64,000 bases of DNA, from positions 14,880,001 through 14,944,000 of the forward strand of contig OZ059894.1 of the NCBI GenBank assembly GCA_964057225.1. The letters run 5' to 3'. The translations under genes and the position numbers were made by a program. Positions 28,076 through 40,900 of the stretch are shown here, one piece after another; position 1 is the first letter of the stretch, and each line of letters opens with the position of its first letter. The DNA is from Auanema rhodensis. Its lineage: Eukaryota > Animalia > Nematoda. The notes under the pieces were generated by a model. That model had not been told where the DNA came from. It saw only the letters and a list, made by a program, of their open reading frames with translations, and did not search any database.

Positions 28076-29003
28076 CTGTTTGAAAATCCTGGGAGAAACA
28101 GAAGAGACACACATACACACACAAGAGGTTGCGACCCCCGGGCTGGTTGATAGAGGGAGAAAGAGAGAATTAGAAAGAGATGGAAAAAGAGAAAAATGAA
28201 AAATCGATTGACGACAGCTAGTGAAATGACGATAGAAAGAAAGACATAATAAAAAGCTAAGGAGAGTATTCGAGAGAGTGAGAGAAAAAGATAGAGAGAT
28301 AGAAAGAGTCAAAGCGGAAAAAAATGAAGAAAAAAGATAAGTATATCTTATGAAAAAAAAGTTAAAAACGAAACACCACAAATGGGAGTATGGCGCAGGA
28401 GAAAGAGGATTAAAGATACCAAAGGTACTTGCTTTGTGGAAGAAAGTAAGTGATACATGCGCTTGAACTTCTCTAATATCAGAGATGTGATAACAATGGC
28501 AGTTGGATTAAACTTATGTAAAGATTGACATGTATCTTTGAACTTGAATCGGAAATGAATAAGTTATGAGATGAAATATGGAAACTTCAAAGGAATTCAA
28601 ATATACATTTCAAAAATATTTTTTTGTGGAATCACATAGCAACAGAGACTGATGAATAGCTTGATGTACATTTTGAAATAGCAATATGTTTCATGTTGTT
28701 TTAAAGTAAAGAGGAATAATAATGATTGTTTCAAATGTTGTCAAACTCTTAGGTTAGATGACATTCTCATAATCAAGGTCAACAGACAGAAAATCTCTGG
28801 ACTACTTAGTAGCGGAAAACGAAATCGGAGAATTGAAAAAAGAGAGATTAGATTTCAGGTGAAACGAAAAAAAATTGGTGGAAATTGAAAATGACCAAAT
28901 GGAAGATAATGGAAAAGTAACGAAATCAAATAGAAGGTAAGAGATAGATAAAGAGAGACTGGCAACGAATATATGAGAAAGAATTTAAGAAAGGAACTAA
29001 GAA

Positions 29004-29067
<64 letters not shown>

Positions 29068-31301
29068 TTTGGCACGCGGAAACCAAAAATAATTACAAGA
29101 TAGATTGAATAAAATAATAAATACATATATGTACATATATACATAAAAATTCACACAACTGATAATGTATTGTTGATGCTTTTAACTATTAAAAATTGAT
29201 AAAATGGTTTGTATTCATCTTTCAAATATATATTTAGATCAATCAACTGAGAAAAAGAAACAGAATAAAGGAGCAAAATCCATTTAATATATGATGTGAT
29301 AATGAGAATAGCACCAAATATAATTAGATAAACGTATAATTAAGAATAATTGGAAAATAATTATAATAAACTATGTAAATCGTCATTTGGAAATATTATT
29401 AAACAAAAAATTTCACTTAAAGCTTAAATTTCATCCTGAATGAGTAGCAATCTTGCATTCTTATATATATACATCTGGTATTAATTATTTGCTCTACTTC
29501 AACATCTATTTTTTCGTTGAAAAAGCTCAAGCAATAAGATATTGGAGTATCAGGTTGAAAGGAAACAAATTGAAAAATAGATAAACGTTAACATATAAGA
29601 TGAAAATACAACCGCATTGAACGTCATTATAAATTAACTAATGTTATAACATGCTGAGTATTATATGATTGTACATTAGCATATTGAATATATGACTACG
29701 TGGTGAGCCAAGATAACGTGGATTTCAGAATGAAATTGAAATAAAGAATGTTGAGAACACCTTGAAATGAAGAGATAAAAACAAGAAAAGTGACGAATTA
29801 TCGTGAAGAAAACAAGTAAATCGAGACGATAAGCATGTAAGAAAGGAAGGACGAACAAATGTCAGTTGCTTCATCGTGGATTCGACAAACAAAAGCAAAT
29901 TCATATGAATTATGAAGTTCAAGACGATAAGAAAGGACACACAGAGCTAACTCGTCTGGATATTTCAAAAGAAATGAAAGAAAAATTAAAAGAAAATAAA
30001 TAATCGTTTGGGCAAGTATAATGTTTCAGAATATTTTTTGTTGTGGGATGGAATGGAATGGGGTGCTTGCTTAACATAGTAGCAAACCCAGCAAGCACAT
30101 AAAGCCCCATTCCAACCAAAGTTCTGAGAAGAATGAATTACGAAATAAAGTCTAAAATAAAACTAAAGGAAACAATATAGTATGTATTATATAATATATA
30201 GCATATACATACATATAAATAAATTTATATACGAAATTCTTTAAAAAATATGTTTTTGATTATCAGATTTTGAATAAGCACCTTAACAACGTATACAAGC
30301 TCACAAATATTAATTATTTCATCAAAGCATGAAAAGACTTTGTATATATAGACTATGCTAGTACAATTCAATAAACTTAAAAACATAACAAATGTTCCAA
30401 CTTATCTTTTCATCTACATCGAGTGTAAGTGGAAGTACATGAGCTATTTCCCTCCATGTTTCTATTACCGATTGTTTTTTTTTTATTTTGAGATTGGTCA
30501 ACAAAGAATAATCATAGAATCATGGATGAAAGCATTCCGCTAGAATAACTGTTGATTCAGTTCAATGTTCAAGGTAAAACATGAAAAACAGCTATAAGAT
30601 CAATTGTTCTTCAGTGATATTTCATATAATAAATTTCATAATTAATATATATTCTATAATCTATATATATAGTTAGGTTATTAACTATACAATCATATAA
30701 TTAATAAACATTTCTAAAAATTAAAATAAAGAAAATCAATACATGACCACAATTGTCAGCAGGAAAAGAAACGATGTCAACGACAAATTTTCGAAGAACT
30801 GACGAATTGAGAAGATGAAAAGACGATAGTGGTAAAGAAAAAGCGAAGAACAAGGAGGGTGTTTCGTATTTTTTCTGTGAATTCGGCTAATAAAAAAAGT
30901 TTTTTTTTTTTGTGAAGAAAACAAAGTGAAAGAAGCAAAGTGCTTAAGAGGTATAAACTGTCGAATATGACTACAACGACAACGAATGTAAGAAGACGAA
31001 GTTATTAAGAAAATTGGGAAACAATTCAACGAAGGCAAAATAAAAGTTTTAGAAATAGAGAAATGTTACGGTACAAAGATCAAACATATGATGAGAATCA
31101 ATAGCCATTTTTGAAATAGCCTGTGGAACGATCGTTCTGAAATCGTTTTACTCGTGCGATAAGAAGATTTATCCTTTCTCTACCTCTTCACATTCCAACT
31201 TATTTTCTATATTTTCTATTTCGCTTCATTTCTCTCTTCCTCCTAATTCTTCCAAACTCTTTTTCTCTTGATGTCGTCCTCTCTTTCAATTTCATTCACT
31301 C

Positions 31302-31332
<31 letters not shown>

Positions 31333-31990
31333 CTCTATCTCATTTCTCTCTTCATCTTTTTTTCTCTTTAAATATCATAAAAGCAATTCTTATTTCACCT
31401 TGTTTTACCGTATTATCCAAAATTTAAAATATATAGTGTTTAGTTAATATCAAAAGGAAAACGAAAACTATTTAGAATAGAAGAAAGTTTCAAGAAGCTT
31501 CTATGAACTACAAGTTTAACAATAGGCGAAACCTGTTGAAAATGACATCATAATAAATATTTTCCGCTTGTTTCAAAACTAGTTTTACATTCAATTCACC
31601 TACTAGTAACTGAGATGAACATTCAACAATTTGCTCTTTTATAATACAACAATAATTCAAATATAGGACATAAAATAGGAAAAAAATTTCTGATTTTAAT
31701 ATAAAACCGTTGATCAGCTGACTGAAGTCTGATGTTCAACAATTCGCGTTATAACACAAGAGCTTGCTATCCTGTCTCTGATCTTCTAGGATCAGGAAAC
31801 AATGATATTTCATGCTAAATTCGGCCTCAAATAAGAGAAGAAAAATGTACGATAAAAATATATAAAATTGTCAAGTGCTTGATCATCTCTTATGATTTGA
31901 AAGTGTCGGTATTATCTGTATTATCAAACCGTGTGATGTCACTTCCGGTGGTTGCAAATTTAAAATTGTGTTCACCGGTTAATTTTACTT

Positions 31991-32031
<41 letters not shown>

Positions 32032-33581
32032 ATCCAATTTCTTATCATGTTTATTCATAATAACTGCTCTTTTTAAAACAATTTTGTCTATTAATGAATA
32101 TTTTCATTATCGATGTATATATGTCTGTATATAGTTTTTGAAAATATTTAAGTTGGCACATACATACTATACATAACTCATATACACTCACGTACACATA
32201 TAGTATACAGCATACATTCCCATAACCATAAATAGAAATTCATATAAACATCTCCAAGAAGTATATTTCACTTTTGTCTTGAATAAAGGTTATTTAGCTC
32301 TGTCATTTGAAGTGCAAATCAATTGGAGTGGCTAAAACAAATGATGGGAAAACAGAGAAAATATGGTCAGTTATTGACTTGAAACGTTCAATTCATGTAT
32401 TTAACTTATCAATACATAACCAACATTTCAATTAATTTTAAAGCAATCACATTAGAATAAATGAGAATGATTAGAAATGTTACAAGACTATCCTTATTTC
32501 CTGTTTCATGAAGATTTAACGACTTTCTGGGTGGGCAGTACATACAAAATCAAATATTATGCTGACGTCATTATAACTTCGAAAGGAAAAAAGAATGACA
32601 AAGCAAGCAGTTGTCGTATCAGATAATCGAGTATATAGAAGAGGCATTCGGACGTTGACGACGACAACGATGGAGTCAAAATGATGAGTCATCAAACTAG
32701 TTTCGGTTGCGAAATACATGCGGCTGTTGCTTATAGACAACAAAGATGAAAATGAGTTTATAGTACAAAGTTCGATGAGATTTCCAAGACGAAGAAGAAA
32801 AGATAAATCAAAACAAAAGTCGCTTGATCTGAATTTTATAAACATCTTATAGAGCTTGTGCTTCACAGCTTTAATGCCAAGAAATTTAGCGTAGTTGAGA
32901 CCGCAGCAGAGCCGACAGCACACATATCTGTTCAGTTCAGACATATCCGTCTCTTCTTCATCTGCATCTCTGTCGCTCCTGCATGTGAGATAATGCTTTA
33001 AAAACTTTTTTTTTCATCTGTCATAGACGTTCTCAATGAGGATGAAGCCGACAAATCATTCAAGACTATCTGTCTAATTTTTTTTTGTCATTTTTCCTTC
33101 TCCAAAGATTAGAAAACGCTTTCAATCTTCTACAGCAACTTTAGTGCCGTTATCCAATTTTCGAAAGTTCATCTCATGTTTCTGGGGCAATCTTCAAGCT
33201 TACCATGAAGGTCATTCAAGTATTTCGAAACCCTTTTTTTCTATTATGTGTTTGCCAAATAACTTATGTTGAGAAAAGTTGTAACAGGAAGACACTTGTA
33301 TATCATAATATTAAAAATATTATAAATGAAAACAGAAAACTGTTAGAAAATAAGAAGATATTTTTCAAAAAAGAAATGAAAACTATAAAGAAAAAAACTA
33401 AATATGATTTCAATGATTACTATCAAATAAAAATATTTATAAAATCTTTATAACAAAATAACAATTTTTATCTTGACTAAATCTTTGTATGGCAATTTGT
33501 TGCAAAACTATCCGAAATGTATAAAACTGATGAGAGATTCAGCTGTTAAACCCGTGATTCAATCAATTAATTCGATTACAT

Positions 33582-34650
33582 TCAAATTTCGATTTGTTCT
33601 TCAACTGTTGAAGTAACATATTGGTGTGATGCTTAAATGAATAATATGTTTTTTATTTATTTTAAAGTTTGAAAATAAAATTACCATTTCGATGATATTT
33701 CACATAAAGATCAGCAGTTTTAACATATTCATCGTAGGTGGGTGGAGGAGTTTCTGCATCTTCAACCAAAAATCGGTTTCTGAATTTTAAAATAATTAAT
33801 CAGCTAAATAGCAAACATCAATTTTACAAATTACTAGAAATGAAAGAGTATCATTGTTATTAATAAAATTAAAAATGATTTTCTTTAACATTTGTTGTGA
33901 AACAGCCCGTTGTATGAATTACATGAACCAATGATAAGAGTTGACGTGAAAGTTCACGCAAGAAGGAAGTACAAACTGTTAGATTTGTCATTTTACGTGA
34001 AAGGTCACGTAAGATACATGTGCACACTATTAATCAGAAAAGAATGACATTAACGTTCATGTAACAGATATACACATATTAATATTATAAATATAATTAG
34101 AATATAATACTTTATACTTTTATATTTAAAATTAATAATAATAATAATAAATACCTGTCGTCATGAAGCGATGTATACTGTTTCTTATTAAATTTTCGAA
34201 TAATTTTATCACTTCGAAACTCTATTTCTCTAATTGACTTGTAAATGTGATAAACAAGAAAAAGTGATAACATATTCAAAAGTATTATAACTATAAATAG
34301 TATAATATAATATGTTATATGCCCTGGAAACTGAAAAAAATATTTATATATTCATTTCTAATATTAAAATTAATGTCATACCTGTTTAGCTATGCTAACT
34401 ATATCCGATTCAACACTATGTGAATGAACCACAACATTTTTGATCTGGAAATAAATTAGATAATTAACAAAATAAATAATAAATTTATAATTAAAATAAA
34501 ATAAAAATTACAAACTTTGTTATCCACATCTTCTAAAGAAACATTCATGTTCTGTAAAGTTTCATCCAATTCAGCATTCATACGATACAGCACAGTGAAA
34601 ACATTATATATAGCTTCGTTGATTTGAGTAATTTTGTGATCAACACTCAT
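33582..34650 (-). CDS. Uncharacterised single-pass membrane protein, MS[VL]D family member A (~172 aa), PPxY in tail
   Basis: Exons 34650-34516, 34444-34382, 34330-34155, 33779-33685, 33631-33582 in frame: heptad-repeat N-terminus, TM YYIILFIVIILLNMLSLFLVY, ETPPPTY, ends QIEI*. Confidence 0.85.
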
Positions 34651-36751
34651 ATTTCTATAAGAAAACTGTAAAAGCTGTTAGCAAATATAAAATTCAAAGA
34701 CAAATTCCATTAAACATTAAAATATGTGGATATATTGAATATATTGAATAAAATATAAAAAATATAACAGATGAATAGACGAATGAACATCAAGCAGCAA
34801 GTAATCGATCAATGCTATTTCTTATCGGTATATTGGAGATGCTGATTCATTCAAACATTTATGGATCAGCTCAATTCTTCTCTCTTTCGTAAATAAGCCA
34901 TATAGTATATGTATATGATAAATAGTCCATTTATAACATATGATATTCTAATAAATGAATACTTATTGTAAACATATCTATCTATATATCATAATACATA
35001 TTTCTAGGTACACATGTAAGTATTTGAGAATCTGAGAATATTGGCATAGATACTGAACAAGCATTCTCCAAGTTTTTAATTTAAAAACAATTCTTAAAAA
35101 CTTATAGAAACAACAATTTTTGTCATAAAAATCTATAATTAAAAATTTTAAAAAATGATATATTCTATTGAAATAATAATAATCATTCCGTTTTCTTCTC
35201 TATTTTTATTTTCAAAAAAAAAAATAAACAAAAGAACAGAGTGCAGAGTCATATTATGTGATTGAAAATAAATGATAAACCAATTGAAAACATATGAAAA
35301 ACGACAAAATTGTCGAATTTCGTATGCTTATGACTGTTAAACGGCGAACTTAAACACTTAGCATTCTCATCCAGAGCATCGGATTGTTGGAATATGGACA
35401 AAAATGGAAACGTGTGCTCGAAAGCCACAACTGCGGTCAGGAGAAAAATGAGGGAGCACATCAGAACGTTATTTTTCGTTCTATCTCTTTCTCTTTCTCT
35501 CTCTCTGTCTCATTGTCTTTTCTCTCCAAGTATCCTTGCTATTTCGTGTTCAATTTCTTTTTCGTTTTGTGCCTGTGTACACACAGTCTGCAAACGAGAT
35601 GAAATGAATCAATTCTGTATTCACGATCTTCAACAGTCAATCATCATCTTCGCCAGTTAAACCTCATTTTACTCAATTTCCACATATGGTATCTAGTTTA
35701 GACTTCAACTAGCTATACGGCTATATTTCCAAAGTGTATAGAAGTTATACAGTTCCTGTTCTTCGACATTCGAAATTTCTTTTTGGATTTTGATCTCTTA
35801 ACGGCTGTAATAGTAAAACAGACAATGAAGTCAAGAGATGTTTCACCTAATGTAACTTCAAAGAACTTTTAACGTTCACTAAGCTCAAACATTGACATTT
35901 GCTCTAAAAAAAGGATTTTAAAATTGCTCTACCATTCAGGTACCCTGTTTGATTAACGTTTTGGGCTGTCTGTTTTTCGTCCTAATAGCTCATAGAACTT
36001 TCATAAATCCATGTTTTCCGATAAAGAACAAAGAAAATAGATTGAAATCATTTATTAAATTAATTATAATGTTATCTTTAAATTTAAAAAAAAAAAAAAG
36101 GAAGTAAGAAAAAATAAAAATCTGAACATCTCACCAACATCTAATAAAATTCAAAAAAATCTTTGGAATCACATTGATGTGTTTTTGACTTTCTGGATTT
36201 ATTTATACATATTACTATTATCACGAATAAAGTCATAAAAACGCTTTTTCTTGAGATCACAGATGAACAATCTTGGCACCTGATGAATGAATATACAGAG
36301 TCTTCGATTGAAAGTTTAAAGTTTAAAGAAATGAAGAAATAACTATTAAGATAATGACTAAAACTTCAGACAATATTAACAATGAAAAACAAGAAACATA
36401 TGAAAAACTTCTCGGAATAATAGAGCACCGGTGATACTATTTGAGCGAACCAAAAATAATACATCTTTTACAAACAAAATATGTAAAATCACTGGAGATA
36501 TTCTATACAACTAATTTTTATATTTTAGATAGAAACTAAGGAAGATTTAAGTGAATTTAAAAAACACATTTCTGAGTTATAGCCCTCCAAGGATATGTCT
36601 TTGGAAATTTCATGTTTTAAAGCCCTTAGGCGATATGCTTGTTAAAGATATGAATTAAGAACTAAGGCATAATTCGTTGATTCACTTTCTATGAATTTGA
36701 GATATTCTAGAAGTCCGAACAGAAAGAATATCCAAGAAGAGCTTCGTGTTC

Positions 36752-37950
36752 CTAGACTTCCAAGCTTCTTGTATAAGATGTTGCTCCAGTTTCCAAATTA
36801 TATTTAGCTCCGTTTACATCATCTCCTCGTCGTTGATAAGGTCTTGTTGTTTCCTCCATAGCAGACATCTGATCAGAAACTGAAAATAGATTTGATATAC
36901 TAATGAAAACACTAAAAGTAATTTTTATATTTTGTTTTAAGAATTTTTAATATTAATAGGTAAAAGTCTAGATGGGGTATATTAATCAAGGAATAGTTAG
37001 TAAGATATAATAGTAAAAAATAAAACAGAACAAACAATCTTACCTCGACGCATTCCCGGCCTTCGTGGCTCACTTTCCATATTTATACCAACATGTGGAA
37101 CAGAGCCTCCAGTTGCTGATGCACCAGTACGTGATGGATACTGTAGATGGTGGCTATACGGTGTTATAGCTACTGATGGTGTTTTTTGATCGTACGTTGA
37201 TGATGTGTCATCTCGAGAAGTCGATGTGATTAGAGCACGTTCCGATCCTGAGTGAATGGAAAATGCATAGTTAGGGTAGGATAGAAGAATCTTTCGTTTA
37301 AAATATAAATGTTTTCCAAATTCAAACAACAACCAAAAAAGTCTAACTTAGATTTCTTAAATAATCACACCACCCACACATACACGCAAAATGTGAAATT
37401 GAAAACATAAATATACTGACAAGCATGATTAGGTAAAGAAGCTGCTGAAGTAGCATAAAACAAAATTGAAAAATTCACATTTTTTCTTTAATTTTTAAAT
37501 ATTTTTGATATAATATTTGAAATACTTACCACCTTTTGATTTCATGATTATATAGATTGCATGAGCTTTTGTAACCAAATTTAAAATCAGAACTACTGAT
37601 AATAGAACAAAGACAATAATTAAAGTAATGAATAGAAGATAGAATACCCAAGAATTTGGAACCTTAAAGTACATTTTTATAAATTTTTGAAGAGATTAAG
37701 CATACCTGCGAAACAGAATCTCCTACTTGATATGTTACTGATCCAGCATCTTTTGCTATATTTGCTACAGCCTATTGTATTAATTAATAAGTCACAATAT
37801 TAAATATAACTAACTAACTTGATCAAAATTATCTAATGTTACGTTAATCCTACTAGTAATTCCATTAATTTGGCCATTGATATGTCCTACTAGAGTACCT
37901 AACTGTGCCAAAGTTTGGCTGAGCTCAGAAATTGTCTGATCTACTGACAT
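36752..37950 (-). CDS. Uncharacterised single-pass membrane protein, MS[VL]D family member B (~220 aa)
   Basis: Exons 37950-37819, 37771-37706, 37662-37530, 37247-37044, 36879-36752 in frame: MSVDQTISELSQTLAQLGTLV...INVTLDNFDQ, TM WVFYLLFITLIIVFVLLSVVLIL, S/T-rich tail ending RSLEV*. Confidence 0.88.
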
Positions 37951-40900
37951 GCACGCTAAAATAATTAAAAAAATGAAAAATATATAGCTTTAAACGATGA
38001 AAAACAAGAAAAAGACTAAGAAAAGACACAAGACGATTTATCATAAAACTCAGATCATACTCAAAAGTGCTCAATATATTGGATGGTATATGAGTCAGAT
38101 ATGTGGAGGTAGGAAGAATCACAGAAAGCAAACAGATGATCGCGTTATTGATGTCATCTGAATGCATTTCATTTTTATATTGAGAAACACATTTTTAATT
38201 ACTCGATGAGTAAGCTAATCTCTTCTTATATTTCTTCTTTTCTTTTTCATAATCTGTGATACTTATAAAGAGAATACCGACACTTGGTCAGCTTTGGATT
38301 GTTAATGATCCGAAGAAATGGTATGTATGTGATGTTTGTCATGTTACATAACCGAAAAATCCTTCTCTGTATATCTCATTTTATATATTTTTTATATTTA
38401 TATTTTAGTTTTCATCATATTTTTATAAAAATTATAAATAAGAAAACATATTCTGTTTGAAAAATAAAAATATGTCAAGAATATGATATGATACAGACAC
38501 ATGAGCATACACACAGCATTAGGACAATGTACAGACAGGATTATAAGGTATCGATCTATTTCAATGAATATATCAATAAATAAATAGAAAACACATAAAT
38601 CAACAGTTATAGTATTATATATTAATTAAAATATAAAGACATAAAGATTAAAAGAAAATTGGAACAAATCTTTGAATACGTGGGAAGCTTTCTGACTCAT
38701 CAAAGTCGAGCAAAATAAACAAGAACCCTATAAGGCAATATATAAGTGGATGATTCAGTATACGGACCCATTGGTTTTATATCTCTCTGTTCAGCTTACA
38801 CAACTTTTGTGATATCCTTAGAAAAGCAAAATAAACAGAACTTTAGAACTTTTTCTGTTCCAACAAGTGTCAACAAAGTTTTTTTTTAAAAACTTGAACT
38901 TTATGCAGAAATAAATAAATTTAAATTAAAATATTGAAATAAAATATTAGTAAATTGTACATTTCACTTCATTAGTTCAATGATATGATAATGAAAAGAA
39001 AAATGTTTGAATAGATAACTGTCTACTAATAATTCAATGGAGGCAATATACTATATAAGGTAGTATAGATAAGAACTGTATTAAAATGAAATAGAATATT
39101 AATTATATGTATATTAACATCAATAAAAATATTTAAATTAGTATATTATATATAAGTTTGTTGGGAATGAAAACAATTATAATAGGTATAGTAATTGTAT
39201 TTCATTGCTATCGAGCTTCAATGATAAAAGTATTACACTTCTTCACATTTTTTTTAAAATTAAAAGTTAAAATCAAAAAAAGTTCGTGAAAGAGCAGCTT
39301 GAATTATACGAAAATAAGTTCAATAAGTATATATATACATATATATAATATATAGAGAGAAATTGAAAAGTAGATAATGTTGAATGATCGAGAATGGATA
39401 TGAGAAGTATGGAGCTGACAGACACGGACAACCAAATCACAGAATTCTGTATTGAATGACTGTGAACAAACACGTAGTGAAAGCTTAAAATTCAAAGATA
39501 AATCTCAAGAAATTCTTGGAAATTTATGATATTTGATTAGAAAATATTATAATAGTTATATAGATATATGTATATAATAAAAGAAGTTTACGAATTAATG
39601 TGATTATTTACACAAATAAATCACAACACTTGTATAGCTAACATAAAAATATATTTAAATTTAGATATAAGTCAACATTAAAATATATTTTATATTTTAA
39701 TGTATTAAAATTATACAAAAATCTATATTTAATTCACAAGAAGTTGTGGAAAAAAAAAATTAAATTTGAACTAAAAAAGATAATTTTAGAACAGCTTGAC
39801 ACGAGCCATATTTAGACCCGCTAAGTTTGAACAGTTCTGTGTTTTTTTTGGTTCAATTTAATTGGAAAATTACGAAATTCATACAGTTGTATGATTTTGT
39901 TGGATAAAAACAAAATGAAGAATCTGGACAGTACTTTTGAATTGAACGGAGATGGATAAAGAAAACACGATCGTTGACAATCAGATGAATAGAATAATAG
40001 AAATATTGAAAGAAATAAAAAAACACTTGTGATGTTGGAGGTGGAGATGTAGGACAGTCATCAGGTCGTGAATGATGGAATAAAATGAAGACTGCTTGTA
40101 TTTATCACTGATAACAATAGTTTTGGATTGATGACGTCATCATGTAATACTTATTTACCAAAAATCAATATTGAATAGTTCTGAGTAGTTGCTCGTCTGT
40201 ATGGAGCACTAAATGACAATCGGTGAGCTGTTGGTGAGGGCTGTCGTCTGTCCAGAGGTGGATCATTCCATTCGTTCTCTCTTCCACCCCCCCCTCTCTC
40301 TCTCTCTCTTTTTATTTCTTCGTTCCTCTCAGTATATTCTATTTGTATCTCTCTTTGCTCTGCTTGCTCATTCCTTCTCTTTTGCATTCTATCTCAGCTC
40401 ATTTCTCTCGTGATCGCATCTCTCTGTCTCTCTATCTGCATACTCATTATGTGGCTGCTGACCGTTAGTTCAATACTGAAGGCAAATATGGTGGTGGGCT
40501 CTCATTCTTTCTCGGAGTCTCGCTCAGCTTCCCTCAAGCATACCTGCGTTAGCTTCAACCGCCTTAGGCTATTGTCTTTTATAATATGAAGATGAATATG
40601 ATATGCGTAAGAAAATATTGAAGAAATATAATCATAATCTGCAGGAGAATTCAATATACATATAGTTAATACAGTATATATTCAATACAAAACACGAGAC
40701 ATGCTTACATGTTTGAACATACATGTATACATCGAAGAATATTTCTCTACAGGATGCTAAGACCAAAGTTTAGTTCAAGTTCAAATAAATATTTGTTATA
40801 CATATATCTAAGTGTTTTGAACTAAGAATTGGAACGTTTACACGTTTGAATTAAAAATTTTTTTTTAAGAGATGTTGAGAAAACAAATATAAATTAATTA

